A stretch of DNA of 64,000 nucleotides, from positions 1,888,001 to 1,952,000 of the forward strand of contig CAWIKF010000002.1 in the NCBI GenBank assembly GCA_963836755.1, written 5' to 3'. Below, piece after piece: positions 29,231-39,765 of the stretch. A model generated the notes under the pieces. That model saw only the letters and a program-made list of their open reading frames with translations. It made no database searches and was not told the DNA's origin. Source of the stretch: an uncultured Verrucomicrobiae bacterium (GTDB taxonomy: Bacteria; Verrucomicrobiota; Verrucomicrobiia; Chthoniobacterales; Chthoniobacteraceae). Numbering within the stretch: position 1 is the first letter of the stretch; each line of letters begins with the position of its first letter. Position numbers and translations under genes: made by a program.

Positions 29231-30162
29231 GCAGCGATGCGTTCGCCTCCGGCGCACAAATAAAGGACGGCCATGCGGACGGCGAGACCGTTGGTGACTT
29301 GATCGAGGATGACGCTGCGCGCGCTGTCGGCGATGTCGCTGTCGATCTCGACGCCGCGATTGATCGGGCCGGGATGCATGATGAGCGCATCGGGCTTCAG
29401 CTTTTGCGCACGCTCGCGCGTGAGGCCGAAGAGTGCGGTGTATTCGCCGATGCCGGGAAAATATTCCTTCCGCTGGCGCTCGTGCTGGATGCGCAAAAGA
29501 TTCACGACATCGACTTCCTCGAGCACGTCGTCGATTCGGTGCGTGACTCGCACACCCATTTGTTCAAACACACGCGGAACAAGCGTGCTGGGGCCGACGA
29601 GCGTGACGCGCGCGCCGAGTTTCAACAGCGCCCAAATGTTCGAGCGGGCGACGCGGCTGAATAAAATGTCGCCGATGATCGCGATGTGCAGACCGGCGAT
29701 CTCGCCGCGCTTTTCGCGAATGGTAAAAACGTCGAGCAGCGCCTGCGTGGGATGCTCGTGCGCACCGTCGCCGGCGTTGATGATGCTCGCGCCGAGCCGG
29801 TCTGCGAGGAACTTCGGAGCGCCGGCGGAGCTGTGGCGCAGCACGATGATGTCCGCGTGATTAGCCTCGAGAATTTTTGCCGTGTCCTTGAGCGATTCGC
29901 CCTTCGTGAGGCTGGTCGTGCTGGCGGAAATATTGATGACATCGGCGCTGAGACGGATTGCTGCGATCTCGAAAGAGGTGCGCGTTCGCGTGCTGGGCTC
30001 GACGAAAAAGTTCACCAGCGTCTTGCCGCGAAGTGCGGGAACCTTTTTAATTTCGCGCACGCCGACTTGCTTAAATGCAGCGGCGGTATCGAGAATCGTA
30101 TTGATTTCGCTCGCGCTAAGCTCCTCGATTCCCAGCAGATCTTTTCGTGACCAGTCGCTCAT
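29227..30162 (-). CDS. pyrB: Aspartate carbamoyltransferase catalytic subunit
   Basis: [32 protein letters not shown]. Confidence 0.97.
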   Translation of the reverse strand: MSDWSRKDLLGIEELSASEINTILDTAAAFKQVGVREIKKVPALRGKTLVNFFVEPSTRTRTSFEIAAIRLSADVINISASTTSLTKGESLKDTAKILEANHADIIVLRHSSAGAPKFLADRLGASIINAGDGAHEHPTQALLDVFTIREKRGEIAGLHIAIIGDILFSRVARSNIWALLKLGARVTLVGPSTLVPRVFEQMGVRVTHRIDDVLEEVDVVNLLRIQHERQRKEYFPGIGEYTALFGLTRERAQKLKPDALIMHPGPINRGVEIDSDIADSARSVILDQVTNGLAVRMAVLYLCAGGERIAA

Positions 30163-30713
30163 ACGCGCTCCATCCAGACGGAATCTTCGACGCCATCCAC
30201 AGCATTAAAACGAACGTAAACACGTTGCGAAGCCGCGGTCGGTAAATTTTTCCCCACGTAATCGGCGCGAATTGGCAATTCGCGATGGCCGCGGTCGACA
30301 AGCACCGCAAACTGAATGCGCGCCGGCCGTCCGAATGAGGCGATCGCATCCATCGCGGCGCGACATGTGCGACCCGAAAATAAAACGTCGTCGACGAGAA
30401 TGATCGTGCGGCCGTCGAGCTGAAGCGGGAGTTGCGAAACCTCGACCGGCGACAACTTTTTTCGCAACCGCAGATCGTCGCGATGCATCGAGACATCGAT
30501 CATGCCGAGCTCAACCGGCGCTTTCTCGATCTGCTCAATATTTGCCGCAAGGCGGCGGGCCACCTCGACGCCGCGCGACGGAATTCCGGCGAGGGCGATT
30601 TTCGCCAGCTCTGGATTGCGCTCGATGATCTCGTGCGCGATACGGCGCAGCGCCCTGTCGATGGCAGGGGCGTCGAGGATGAGCTGCGCGGTGGGTGAGG
30701 GTGGGTTTGGCAT
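30159..30713 (-). CDS. pyrR: Bifunctional pyr operon regulator/uracil phosphoribosyltransferase
   Basis: [39 protein letters not shown]. Confidence 0.95.
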   Translation of the reverse strand: MPNPPSPTAQLILDAPAIDRALRRIAHEIIERNPELAKIALAGIPSRGVEVARRLAANIEQIEKAPVELGMIDVSMHRDDLRLRKKLSPVEVSQLPLQLDGRTIILVDDVLFSGRTCRAAMDAIASFGRPARIQFAVLVDRGHRELPIRADYVGKNLPTAASQRVYVRFNAVDGVEDSVWMERV

Positions 30714-30761
30714 GTCCTTCGCGATCTCGCGGGATCGCGTTAAAGGAAAGCGCGCCGGCAA

Positions 30762-30977
30762 CTAGCCGGAGTTCGCCTGTTTTTGGCGTTTGTCGCGCCA
30801 GGCGGAGCGGAATTTCACGATCCAGTCGAGGAGCGCTTTTTCGAAGCCGATATCCTGCCCGGCCTTCTCGCTTTCGAGCCACTTGTGCTTCAGGATTTCC
30901 TCCCGCTCGGCCAAAAATTCCTTATAAAGCACGGAATTCTTGACGAGATCGGAGTTCTCCGTGTTGGGAATTTCCAT
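30762..30977 (-). CDS. Small DUF4032-like protein
   Basis: EREEILKHKWLESEKAGQDIGFEKALLDW. Confidence 0.75.
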   Translation of the reverse strand: MEIPNTENSDLVKNSVLYKEFLAEREEILKHKWLESEKAGQDIGFEKALLDWIVKFRSAWRDKRQKQANSG

Positions 30978-31085
30978 TAAGGCAGTAACTTTCAAAAGAT
31001 TTGGGAATGCGTCAACACCTTTGCGTGTGTGGCGCGGCTGGCGGGGTGGGAAGAAGGAATAACGGTCGTTTAAGTTCACGTCAAT

Positions 31086-32126
31086 CTAAAGGGGAAGTGT
31101 CGCGCGCAGATGTGCCGCTACTTTTGCGAAAGCCTCGCTCGCCGCGTTGTCGCGGTCAATGGCGACGATCGGCTCACCGCGGTCGCCGGCTTCGCGGGTG
31201 GAAATGTCGATCGGGATTTGCGCGAGCAGCGGCACGCCGAGGCGCTGCGCCTCTTTTTCACCGCCGCCGCTGCCGAAAATATCGTAGCGCGTCTTGTCGC
31301 TCGGGCAGAGAAAGTAGCTCATGTTTTCGACGAGGCCCAATACGGCCACGTTGACTTTTTCGAACATCGTTGCGGCTTTGCGCGCATCGATGAGCGCGAC
31401 CTCCTGCGGTGTCGTGACGATGATTGCGCCGGCGAGTGCGACTGTCTGAACGATCGTTAACTGAATGTCGCCAGTGCCCGGCGGCAGATCGAGCACGAGA
31501 AAATCGAGTTCGCCCCATTCGACCTGACGCAAAAATTGTTGCGTGTAGCGCGTCACCATTGGTCCGCGCAAGATCGCGGGCGCGGCGTCGTCCAGCAAAA
31601 ATCCCATCGACATCAGCTTGAGACGATACCGCTCGATGGGAATGATGATGTTCTCTTCCGTAGCGTGTGGCCGCTCATCGCTGCCAAACATGAGCGCGAT
31701 GCTCGGGCCGTAAATGTCGCAATCACACAGCCCGACCCGCGCGCCGCTCTGCTCGAGCGCGAGCGCGAGATTGGCCGCGACGGTCGATTTGCCGACGCCG
31801 CCTTTGCCGCTGGCAATAGCGATGACGTGTTTGACCCCCGCGATTGCTGTTGCTCCGACGCCGGCAGCTTGGGGCGGCGCCTGCACGTCGATCAGCACAC
31901 GGACCTCGCCAATTCCCGAGAGGCTGCGCAGTGCGGCTTCGCTTTCGCTTTTGATCGACTGCGGGATCTTCGGATCGCTCGCCGCGAGCGCGAGCTGCAC
32001 GGTCACATCGGCGCCGTCGATGCGCACGCTTTTGACGAGCCCGAACGAGACGATGTCGCGCGTGAAGCCAGGGTATTTTACGGACGAGAGCCGCTCACGA
32101 ATCTGAGCGTCGGTGAGAGCTGCCAT
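31086..32126 (-). CDS. mrp: Mrp/NBP35 Fe-S cluster carrier ATPase (ApbC)
   Basis: N-terminal DUF59-like region, ASGKGGVGKST, DLPPGTGD, ENMSYFLCP. Confidence 0.93.
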   Translation of the reverse strand: MAALTDAQIRERLSSVKYPGFTRDIVSFGLVKSVRIDGADVTVQLALAASDPKIPQSIKSESEAALRSLSGIGEVRVLIDVQAPPQAAGVGATAIAGVKHVIAIASGKGGVGKSTVAANLALALEQSGARVGLCDCDIYGPSIALMFGSDERPHATEENIIIPIERYRLKLMSMGFLLDDAAPAILRGPMVTRYTQQFLRQVEWGELDFLVLDLPPGTGDIQLTIVQTVALAGAIIVTTPQEVALIDARKAATMFEKVNVAVLGLVENMSYFLCPSDKTRYDIFGSGGGEKEAQRLGVPLLAQIPIDISTREAGDRGEPIVAIDRDNAASEAFAKVAAHLRATLPL

Positions 32127-32162
32127 TGAAGCGGCAAATCTCCGCTCTCCGGCACAGTGAAG

Positions 32163-33566
32163 TCAATACTGCTTGCGCATGTTGCTCGGCAGGATGCCGA
32201 GTTCCGTGCGGTATTTTGCCACGGTTCGGCGCGCGATTGGGATGCCGCGCTTGCTCAAAATTTCCACAATCTCCTTGTCGCTGAGCGGAATTTTCGTGTC
32301 CTCGTTTTTCACGAGCTCGGCAATGGCTTCTTTGACGCTCGTGTTGCTCATCGACGCGCCGGCGGAGGTTTGATAGCCGGGCGTGAAGAAATACTTCATG
32401 TCAAAAACTCCCTGCGGCGTCGCCATGTATTTGCCGGAAATTGCGCGGCTAACCGTGGTTTCGTGGACGCCGACCACGTCCGCGATTTGCACCATCGTCA
32501 GCGGCTTCAGCGCCGAGGACCCTTTGGCCAAAAACTCTTTTTGCCGCGCGACAATTTCATGCGCGATGTTCGAGATCGTCTGCTGGCGCTGGTGGATCGA
32601 TTTGATGAGAAATTTGCCGCTGCGGATTTTGTCGCGGATGTATTCTTTGACCTCGTTGCCGCTGCCGTCCTTCGCCATCAAGTCCTTGTAGGTATTGCTG
32701 ATGCGCAAATGTGGAATCTGCTCGCCGTTGAGCGTGATTTGATAATCGTCCTCGCCGACTTTTTCGACGTTGACATCCGGCAACACGTAGTTGTTCGGGT
32801 CGGCTGTGAAAATTTGCCCGGGCTTCGGATCGAGCGTGCTAATGAAATTCTGGCAGCGCTGCACTTGATCCACAGTCGTGCCGAGGCGACGTGCGATTTC
32901 CGGGAAACGGCGCTTGCCCAAATCGTCGAGATGTTTCTCGACGATGCGATATTCGAGCGTGCCTTCCTTGCCGATGCGGCGCAGTTGGATGAGCAAACAA
33001 TCGCGCAGGTCGCGCGCCCCGACGCCGATTGGGTGAAAAGTTTGGATGATCCCGAGCACGCGCTCAAGATCGGGCAGATCGAGGCCGGAATTTTGCGCGA
33101 TGTCTTCCGGCGAAGTTTGCAGGAAACCGATGTCGTCAATGTTGCCAATGATCAGCTCGGCGATTTTTCTGTCCTGATCTTCGAGGTCGCCGCCGTGGAC
33201 TTGCTCGAGCAAATGCTGCTGGAGCGTTTCGTGTGAAATGATCGAGTCAAAGAAAAACTGCCGGCGATCCTCTTCGTCCTGTGACTTTGCGGAATAGGAA
33301 TTGTTCTGCGCCATGTAATCGCGCCACTCTTCGTCGAGCTTGGCAAGGCGCTCGAATTCCTCCTTGAATTCGTCCTGCTCCTGCTGGCGGTCCTCGATGC
33401 TCGGCTCCGTGATTTCCTCCTCGAGCACCGGATTCGTCTGAATTTCCTGCTGCACGAGATTGCGCAACTCGAGCATCGGCACCTGGAGAATCTGGAGACT
33501 TTGCTGCAACTGAGGTGCGAGCACCTGTTGCATCGATACGCTTAAATTTTGCTGCATTCCGGCCAT
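32163..33566 (-). CDS. rpoN: RNA polymerase sigma-54 factor
   Basis: Gln-rich region I, HETTVSRA, RpoN box ARRTVAKYR. Confidence 0.97.
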   Translation of the reverse strand: MAGMQQNLSVSMQQVLAPQLQQSLQILQVPMLELRNLVQQEIQTNPVLEEEITEPSIEDRQQEQDEFKEEFERLAKLDEEWRDYMAQNNSYSAKSQDEEDRRQFFFDSIISHETLQQHLLEQVHGGDLEDQDRKIAELIIGNIDDIGFLQTSPEDIAQNSGLDLPDLERVLGIIQTFHPIGVGARDLRDCLLIQLRRIGKEGTLEYRIVEKHLDDLGKRRFPEIARRLGTTVDQVQRCQNFISTLDPKPGQIFTADPNNYVLPDVNVEKVGEDDYQITLNGEQIPHLRISNTYKDLMAKDGSGNEVKEYIRDKIRSGKFLIKSIHQRQQTISNIAHEIVARQKEFLAKGSSALKPLTMVQIADVVGVHETTVSRAISGKYMATPQGVFDMKYFFTPGYQTSAGASMSNTSVKEAIAELVKNEDTKIPLSDKEIVEILSKRGIPIARRTVAKYRTELGILPSNMRKQY

Positions 33567-33604
33567 AATTTTAAAGGGAGTTGCTAATCTGAGAAAATAC
33601 TATG

Positions 33605-33620
33605 AGCAGGTTCCGCGCCA
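33605..33620 (-). promoter_or_regulatory. Sigma-54 -24/-12 element upstream of rpoN
   Basis: Minus strand TGGCGCGGAACCTGCT = GG-N10-GC with exact spacing, 38 bp upstream of the rpoN ATG. Confidence 0.6.
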
Positions 33621-33682
33621 GCTCTTTTTTCCGCTTCTGCGGCCCGTGAAATGCTTGAATTTCCCTTGAAGTTCAAATGCCC

Positions 33683-33910
33683 ATGAAAAAAAACTATCTT
33701 CATCCACTCCTCTGCGGCCTTGTGCTGCTCGGAACTTCCGCGGCTGTCCATGCGGAACCTGATGCCACCGCCGCGGTGGCGCAGGAGGTTCTCCTTCAGC
33801 AAAAGGTGATCGCCGACAACCAGTCGAAAATTGACACGAAGCTTGCTGAAATCGCCGAAGATTTGCGCGTCGCTCGCATTTTCGTTTCCCGCGCGGGAGG
33901 TCGGAAATGA
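33683..33910 (+). CDS. Small secreted coiled-coil protein
   Basis: Signal peptide ending AVHA; heptad pattern; start 33677 or 33683. Confidence 0.7.
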   Translation: MKKNYLHPLLCGLVLLGTSAAVHAEPDATAAVAQEVLLQQKVIADNQSKIDTKLAEIAEDLRVARIFVSRAGGRK

Positions 33911-34125
33911 AACGCGTTGCCGTCCGACTTTTCGCCACCGTCATCCTCGCGGGAGCGACTGCAAATTCACAAGCGCCCAGCGCTGCGGCTTCGCTCTTGA
34001 GCCAGCTTCAGGCCGTGCAGGCTGCGAACAAAGTCCTCATCGATCAGCAGCAAAAAACTTTGCAGATGCTGGACGAAATGAAGGCAACTGCCGAGCAGTT
34101 GAAGACTTTCGGTAAGCGCGGCTAG
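33907..34125 (+). CDS. Small secreted coiled-coil protein
   Basis: ATGA overlap with the previous gene; signal peptide; heptad pattern. Confidence 0.7.
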   Translation: MKRVAVRLFATVILAGATANSQAPSAAASLLSQLQAVQAANKVLIDQQQKTLQMLDEMKATAEQLKTFGKRG

Positions 34126-34132
34126 CGCTACT

Positions 34133-35515
34133 TTAGCGCCTCGCGGGGACGCGCGGCATCTTCACATCGAGCTTGCGATAAAGCGTCGCCATGCTGATGC
34201 CGAGCATCTTCGCGGCCTTTTCGCGGGAGCCGCCGTTGAACTTAATCGTCTCGTCGATGTAGGTGCGTTCCTGCTCGCGAATGTATTCATCGAGGGACTG
34301 TCCGATTGGCAGGGAGCTCGATTTTTCCTCCGACGGCGCGTTGGCGAGACGCACCACGTGAGGCGGGAGATCTGAGGTTTTGATCAATCCATCCTCGCAC
34401 AAAGCGCATGCCCGCTCGATCGCATTTTCAAGCTCCCGCACATTTCCCGGCCACGGATAGCGCGCTAAAACCTCGAGCGCTTTTCCATCAATCTTCTTTG
34501 GCTCGAGCCCGGTTTGCACCGCGTTCTTGTGGATGAAATGATTGACGAGCAGCGGGATGTCCTCGATCCGTTCGCGCATCGCCGGCATTTCCAGCGGGAT
34601 CACCGCGAGCCGGTAATACAAATCCTCGCGGAAATCTCCGTGCTTGGTTTTTTCCAAAAGCGATTCATTCGTCGCGGCGAGCACGCGGACATTGATCGGC
34701 ATGCTCTTCGTTTCTCCGACGCGCCGAATTTGCCGCTCCTGCAGCACCCGCAGCAACTTTGTCTGCAGCGGCTGCGCCATCGAATTCACTTCATCCAGAA
34801 AAATCGTCCCATGCGACGCCTCCTCGAACAGCCCGACCTTGTCCTGCACCGCGCCGGTAAATGCGCCTTTTTTGTGGCCGAAAAGTTCGCTCTCCAGCAA
34901 GTTTTCCGGCAGCGCTGAGCAGTTGATCGCGACGAATGGCTGATGCTGCCGCGCGGAGTTGAAATGAAGCGCGCGTGCGACTAGTTCCTTGCCCGTGCCG
35001 CTTTCGCCCTGAATTAAAATCGTGCTGTCCGTGTCCGCTATTTTTGCGATCAGGTTGTAAATTTCCTGCATCTTCTCGCTCGTGCCGATGATGTTTTCGA
35101 ACCGATACTTTTCCTTCACTGCCTGCCGCAATGTCCGGTTTTCTTTTTCCAAATGCTGGTGATCTAGCGCCCGCTGGATCGTCAGCTGCAGTTCGTCGAT
35201 CTTGAACGGCTTCACGATGTAATCGAAAGCGCCCGACTTCAGCGCTTCGACCGCGGTTTCGACTTTTGCAAAAGCCGTGATCATGATGAAAGGCGTCTGC
35301 GGCAGCGCTTCCTGACATTCCTTGAGCACATCGAAGCCGCCCACTTTTTCCATCTTCATGTCGCAAATCACCAACTGCGGCGCGACCGACCCGAGTGTCT
35401 CGATTGCCTTGACGCCGGAGTTGCATGGAATCGGTTCGTGGCCTCGGTCGCGGCAGATTGTGGAAATGACATCCACCATCGCCGGCTCGTCGTCAATAAT
35501 CATGATTCTCGCCAT
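34133..35515 (-). CDS. Sigma-54-dependent response regulator (NtrC/AtoC family)
   Basis: Receiver domain, GESGTGKE, ESELFGH, GAFTGA, WPGNVRELEN, Fis-type HTH. Confidence 0.95.
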   Translation of the reverse strand: MARIMIIDDEPAMVDVISTICRDRGHEPIPCNSGVKAIETLGSVAPQLVICDMKMEKVGGFDVLKECQEALPQTPFIMITAFAKVETAVEALKSGAFDYIVKPFKIDELQLTIQRALDHQHLEKENRTLRQAVKEKYRFENIIGTSEKMQEIYNLIAKIADTDSTILIQGESGTGKELVARALHFNSARQHQPFVAINCSALPENLLESELFGHKKGAFTGAVQDKVGLFEEASHGTIFLDEVNSMAQPLQTKLLRVLQERQIRRVGETKSMPINVRVLAATNESLLEKTKHGDFREDLYYRLAVIPLEMPAMRERIEDIPLLVNHFIHKNAVQTGLEPKKIDGKALEVLARYPWPGNVRELENAIERACALCEDGLIKTSDLPPHVVRLANAPSEEKSSSLPIGQSLDEYIREQERTYIDETIKFNGGSREKAAKMLGISMATLYRKLDVKMPRVPARR

Positions 35516-35610
35516 AGTTTCAGAGTGATTCGCAGAAACGAAACTGTTTCAACGATGAGAAAAGTAAAGTTTTATTTTTGCGAAAAAGGTTTTTGCTCTT
35601 TCGCTTGCCG

Positions 35611-36258
35611 CTAGCTTTGTAACCTCGCCAAAGCGGCCTCATGCACTGTTGCCGATTCGTCGGGCGAGGTGACCGTGACATCGAGGTCGCGGATCAATCC
35701 GTCTTTCAATCCATACACCCAGCCGTGCACGCAAAGGTCTTGGCCGGCTGCCCACGCATCGGCGACAACGTTTGTGCGGCAGACATTTGCGACCTGCTCG
35801 ATTACGTTCAGCTCACACAGGCGATCGGCGGCTTCCGTTTCATCCGTGAAACCCGTGAGATGAGTGGCGTATTTTGCCTGCACGTCCTGCACGTGACGCA
35901 GCCAATTATCGGCGAGCCCAATACGCCTGCGCTGCAGCACGGCTCTCACTCCGCTGCAGCCGTAATGCCCGCAGACGATAATGTGGCGGACTTTCAGAAT
36001 TTCCACGGCGAACTGGAGCACCGAGAGGCAGTTGAGGTCCGAGTGCACCACGATGTTCGCGACGTTCCGATGAACGAAAAGTTCGCCCGGCAGCAGGCCG
36101 ACGATTTCGTTTGCCGGGACACGGCTGTCGGCGCATCCGATCCACAGATAGCTGGGCGATTGCTGGGCGGAGAGTTTGAGAAAAAAATCGGGATCGCGCT
36201 GACGGATACTGTCCGCCCAAGCCTTGTTCTTTTCAAAAAGGATGCTGAGAGTTCTCAT
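35611..36258 (-). CDS. can: Beta-class carbonic anhydrase
   Basis: IGCADSRVP, FVHRNVAN, CGHYGC. Confidence 0.95.
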   Translation of the reverse strand: MRTLSILFEKNKAWADSIRQRDPDFFLKLSAQQSPSYLWIGCADSRVPANEIVGLLPGELFVHRNVANIVVHSDLNCLSVLQFAVEILKVRHIIVCGHYGCSGVRAVLQRRRIGLADNWLRHVQDVQAKYATHLTGFTDETEAADRLCELNVIEQVANVCRTNVVADAWAAGQDLCVHGWVYGLKDGLIRDLDVTVTSPDESATVHEAALARLQS

Positions 36259-36318
36259 AACCCACGTGGGCTTAGGCTGTCCGCGCGCCGCTTTGCAATC
36301 CTTAAAGTGCAGCGCCGG

Positions 36319-36765
36319 CTACGCTTGAGGTTTCGCCAGCGTCTCGTCCACGAGCTCCGCGACGAGCGTCACCGTCGTATCACCGCGCAGCGCCTTTGAA
36401 TAAGGGCAGGTCTCGTGGGCCGCAGTCATCATGCGCTCGACTTCCGGTAGATCGATGCCCGGCAATTGCGCATGCAGCTCGACACCGAGGCGATAGCCAC
36501 CGTCTTCTTCCTCGATCAAGCTGACGAGCGCGCGAACGGTGGAATCTTTCAGCTTCACGTCCATGCGCTTTGCGGCATTGAGCAGCGCGCCGTGATAACA
36601 AGCGGAGTAGGCGCCGGCGAAAAGAAGTTCCGGGCTTGGGCCGCCCTTTTCAGCGCCTTCCTCGAGCGGATTGCCGAGGGTCACATCAAGCAGGTGATCG
36701 GGATTCGAAATGCTGCCGGAGCGGCCGCCTTTCGAGATCGCCTCGCTGGTAAACAAAGTTTTCAT
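36319..36765 (-). CDS. ohr: Ohr-family organic hydroperoxide reductase
   Basis: GGRSG, SPELLFAGAYSACY, AHETCPYSKA. Confidence 0.9.
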   Translation of the reverse strand: MKTLFTSEAISKGGRSGSISNPDHLLDVTLGNPLEEGAEKGGPSPELLFAGAYSACYHGALLNAAKRMDVKLKDSTVRALVSLIEEEDGGYRLGVELHAQLPGIDLPEVERMMTAAHETCPYSKALRGDTTVTLVAELVDETLAKPQA

Positions 36766-36859
36766 GCCCAATCATCGTTCCGATTCCACGCGATGGCTGT
36801 GCGGACGCCGCGCATATTTTGCTCGGAAGCGGCGAAGCGTCCGGCGCACATTCCCCGGC

Positions 36860-37423
36860 ATGACGCGCTGCCCTTGGGCCACGGCCGAGCCGAACATCAC
36901 CTATCACGACTGCGAGTGGGGTGTGCCGGAGCATGATGATCGGAAGCTGTTCGAGTTTTTGATTTTGGAAGGAGCGCAGGCCGGGCTAAGCTGGACGACG
37001 ATTTTGAAAAAGCGTGCGAATTATCGGGCGGCGTTTGCACAATGGGATGTGCAAGCCGTGGCAGACTTTGACGCGCAAGACGTGGCGCGGCTGCAGGGCG
37101 ACGCCGGCATCGTGCGCAATCGGTTGAAAATCGCCGCAGCCATCCGCAACGCGCAGGCATTTCTCGAAGTGCAAAAGGAATGCAAAAGTTTTGACGCCTA
37201 TCTCTGGAGCTTTGTCGGCGGGAAGCCGTTGCAAAGCCGCCGGCGCTCGATCGCCGATGTGCCTGCGCGCACTGCCGAATCGGACGCGTTGAGCGAAGAC
37301 CTGCGGCGGCGCGGTTTCAAATTTGTAGGCACGACCATTTGCTACGCGATGATGCAGGCGTGCGGGCTCGTGAACGATCATCTCGTGACCTGCCCGCGCT
37401 GCACGGAGCTGGATGGTGGATAG
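36860..37423 (+). CDS. tag: DNA-3-methyladenine glycosylase I
   Basis: RCPWA, YHDCEWG, LEGAQAGLSW, GFKFVG, NDHLVTC. Confidence 0.95.
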   Translation: MTRCPWATAEPNITYHDCEWGVPEHDDRKLFEFLILEGAQAGLSWTTILKKRANYRAAFAQWDVQAVADFDAQDVARLQGDAGIVRNRLKIAAAIRNAQAFLEVQKECKSFDAYLWSFVGGKPLQSRRRSIADVPARTAESDALSEDLRRRGFKFVGTTICYAMMQACGLVNDHLVTCPRCTELDGG

Positions 37424-37563
37424 CTGGAACTTTGTGCTTGCGCGCGTTCCGAAATTGATGTGGATGGAAAGCAATCCCACCCCGTCTGTGCGCATGTGCC
37501 TTTCGCTCAACTCTCGTCGTTGCGTCCCAGTGCCGCGAGCAGGCCTCGCGAACTTTTAAAGCT

Positions 37564-38808
37564 ATGAAAATCAAAAAATACACCATCGGAATGGGCGACC
37601 GCTTCGCTCATCAAGGCAACGCGCAGCTCACGGCAGTGCTCCAGGCGCGGGACGCCGGCGTCGAAATCTACCCGGTCTGGAACAAGTCCAACCGCGAACA
37701 CACGATCGTCAAAAGCAAGCCGGCCGACCTGCGCGCGGAAGCTGATGCGGCTGTGGCTGCGCTCGGATGGAAGGAAGCTTACTATGTGGACGCCGACCAT
37801 ATCGGTTTGAAGACCGTGGATAGCTTCATCGACGGCAGCGACTTTTACACGCTAGATGTGGCGGACTTCACGGGAAAAGCCGCCGATGAGGCGACGATCG
37901 AGAAGTTCGTCAAATCGATGGATGACTACCTCGGCTCGCTGGAAATCGCCGGCATCGACGACCCGATCGAACTGACGGAAGTTTCCGTGCGTGCGGCGGC
38001 TGGAAAGTTCCTTCTTGCGACGCAGGAAGCAGGGCGCATTTACCGTCACATCGAAGCCAAAAAGGGCGCCGGGAATTTCGTGACCGAAGTCTCAGTCGAC
38101 GAAACCGATACTCCGCAAACTCCAGTGGAGTTGTTTTTGATCCTGGCCATGATCGCAGCCGAAGGAGTCCCGGCACAAACAGTAGCTCCAAAGTTCACCG
38201 GCCGATTCAACAAAGGTGTCGATTATGTGGGTAACCTTGCGCAGTTTGAAAAGGAGTTCGACGAAGACCTTTGCGTCATCGCCTTTGCCATCCGAGAGTT
38301 CGGCTTGCCGGATAGCTTGAAACTAAGTGTCCATTCCGGCAGCGATAAGTTTTCACTCTATTCAATCATCAACCGCCTCGTCAAAAAGCACGACGCAGGT
38401 CTTCACGTGAAGACTGCTGGAACCACGTGGCTTGAGGAAGTCATAGGTCTCGCTGAAGCGGGCGGCGAGGGATTGGTGATCGCAAAGGAAGTCTATGCCG
38501 GAGCTTATGCGCGGTTCGATGAACTGACCGGGCCCTATGCAACAGTGATCGACATTGACAAGGCGAAGCTGCCGAAGCCGGAGGCGGTAGAGCAGTGGGA
38601 TTCGGTGAAATACGTGAATACATTGCGCCATGTGCAAAGCAACCCGGACTATAACCAACACTTCCGGCAGTTGATCCACGTGGGATTCAAAGTAGCCGCC
38701 GAAATGAAGACCCGCTACACCGACGCCCTTGCTGCCAATGAAGCGATCATCGCTAGAAACGTGACCGGCAACCTTTACGACCGTCACATCAAGCCCATCT
38801 TCGGATAG
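37564..38808 (+). CDS. uxaE: Tagaturonate/fructuronate epimerase (UxaE family)
   Basis: GMGDRF, DADHI, EVSVDETD, APKFTGRFNKGVDY, KLSVHSGSDKFS, HVKTAGTTWLE, RQLIHVGF. Confidence 0.9.
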   Translation: MKIKKYTIGMGDRFAHQGNAQLTAVLQARDAGVEIYPVWNKSNREHTIVKSKPADLRAEADAAVAALGWKEAYYVDADHIGLKTVDSFIDGSDFYTLDVADFTGKAADEATIEKFVKSMDDYLGSLEIAGIDDPIELTEVSVRAAAGKFLLATQEAGRIYRHIEAKKGAGNFVTEVSVDETDTPQTPVELFLILAMIAAEGVPAQTVAPKFTGRFNKGVDYVGNLAQFEKEFDEDLCVIAFAIREFGLPDSLKLSVHSGSDKFSLYSIINRLVKKHDAGLHVKTAGTTWLEEVIGLAEAGGEGLVIAKEVYAGAYARFDELTGPYATVIDIDKAKLPKPEAVEQWDSVKYVNTLRHVQSNPDYNQHFRQLIHVGFKVAAEMKTRYTDALAANEAIIARNVTGNLYDRHIKPIFG

Positions 38809-38820
38809 AACTAAGTCAGG

Positions 38821-39765
38821 ATGAAATATCGCAAACTCGGCAACACTGGCCTTGAAGTATCGGTGCTAGGCTTCGGCGGTTCCTCGCTCGGCTCTGTCTT
38901 CAAGGCCATCAATGAATCCGAAGGCATTAAGGCAGTCCACGTTGCCATTGATCATGGGATCAACATTATCGACACAGCTCCCTACTACGGTGCGACCACC
39001 GCGGAAGCTGTTTTAGGTAAGGCGTTGAAGGAGATTCCGCGCGAGAAGTATTACCTCGCTACCAAAGTCGCGCGCTATGGCGATGAGATCAAAGACTTTG
39101 ACTTCTCGGCGGCGCGAGTGATGCAAAGTGTCGAGCAAAGTCTGCAAAGGTTGAACGTCGACTATCTCGACTTCATACAGGTGCACGACATGGAGTTCGG
39201 CGATATCGACGTGATAGTCAATGAAACCATTCCGGCTTTGCGCAAGATGCAAAGGGAAGGCAAGGCTCGTTTCGTTGGAATTACTTGCCTGCCAGTCTGG
39301 CTGTTTGAAAAAGTAATGGATCAGGTGGAGGTGGATCAAATCCAATCCTACTGTCACTACTGCCTCAACGATACGGCCCTCGCGGGAATGCTACCTTACT
39401 TTCAGCAGAAAGGAGTTGGCATCTTTAATTCCGCGCCGCTGGCGATGCGTCTTCTAAGCGATGAAGGCCCGCCCAAGTGGCATCCCGCGCCTGCCGAGGT
39501 TCGCGAGAAGTGTGCCGAAGCTGCAAGATACTGCCGCGAGCGCGGTGCGGACATTGGAAAGCTAGCTTTGCAGTTTTCGGTAGCTAATCCCGCCATCCAT
39601 ACCAACATTGTCGGCACTGCAAATCCTAATCGCATACTCCAAAACATCCGCGAGATGGAAGAACCACTGGACGAGGAGTTGTTGCACGGAGTCTTGGAAC
39701 TCCTAAGGCCGATTCATAACCGAACCTGGGCTTCGGGACGCCCGGAAAACAATCACCCATGCTGA
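38821..39765 (+). CDS. Aldo/keto reductase, L-galactose dehydrogenase-like
   Basis: LGNTGLEVS.LGFG.S.LGSVF, DTAPYYG, FDFSA.RV, HDMEFG, ETIPAL, WHPAP, all closely resembling plant/Bacteroides L-galactose dehydrogenases. Confidence 0.85.
   Translation: MKYRKLGNTGLEVSVLGFGGSSLGSVFKAINESEGIKAVHVAIDHGINIIDTAPYYGATTAEAVLGKALKEIPREKYYLATKVARYGDEIKDFDFSAARVMQSVEQSLQRLNVDYLDFIQVHDMEFGDIDVIVNETIPALRKMQREGKARFVGITCLPVWLFEKVMDQVEVDQIQSYCHYCLNDTALAGMLPYFQQKGVGIFNSAPLAMRLLSDEGPPKWHPAPAEVREKCAEAARYCRERGADIGKLALQFSVANPAIHTNIVGTANPNRILQNIREMEEPLDEELLHGVLELLRPIHNRTWASGRPENNHPC

Noticed and set aside
30714..30761. PyrR-binding attenuator upstream of pyrR
   Set aside because: Only 48 bp separate pyrR from the upstream gene, and no PyrR-binding loop consensus or terminator is visible
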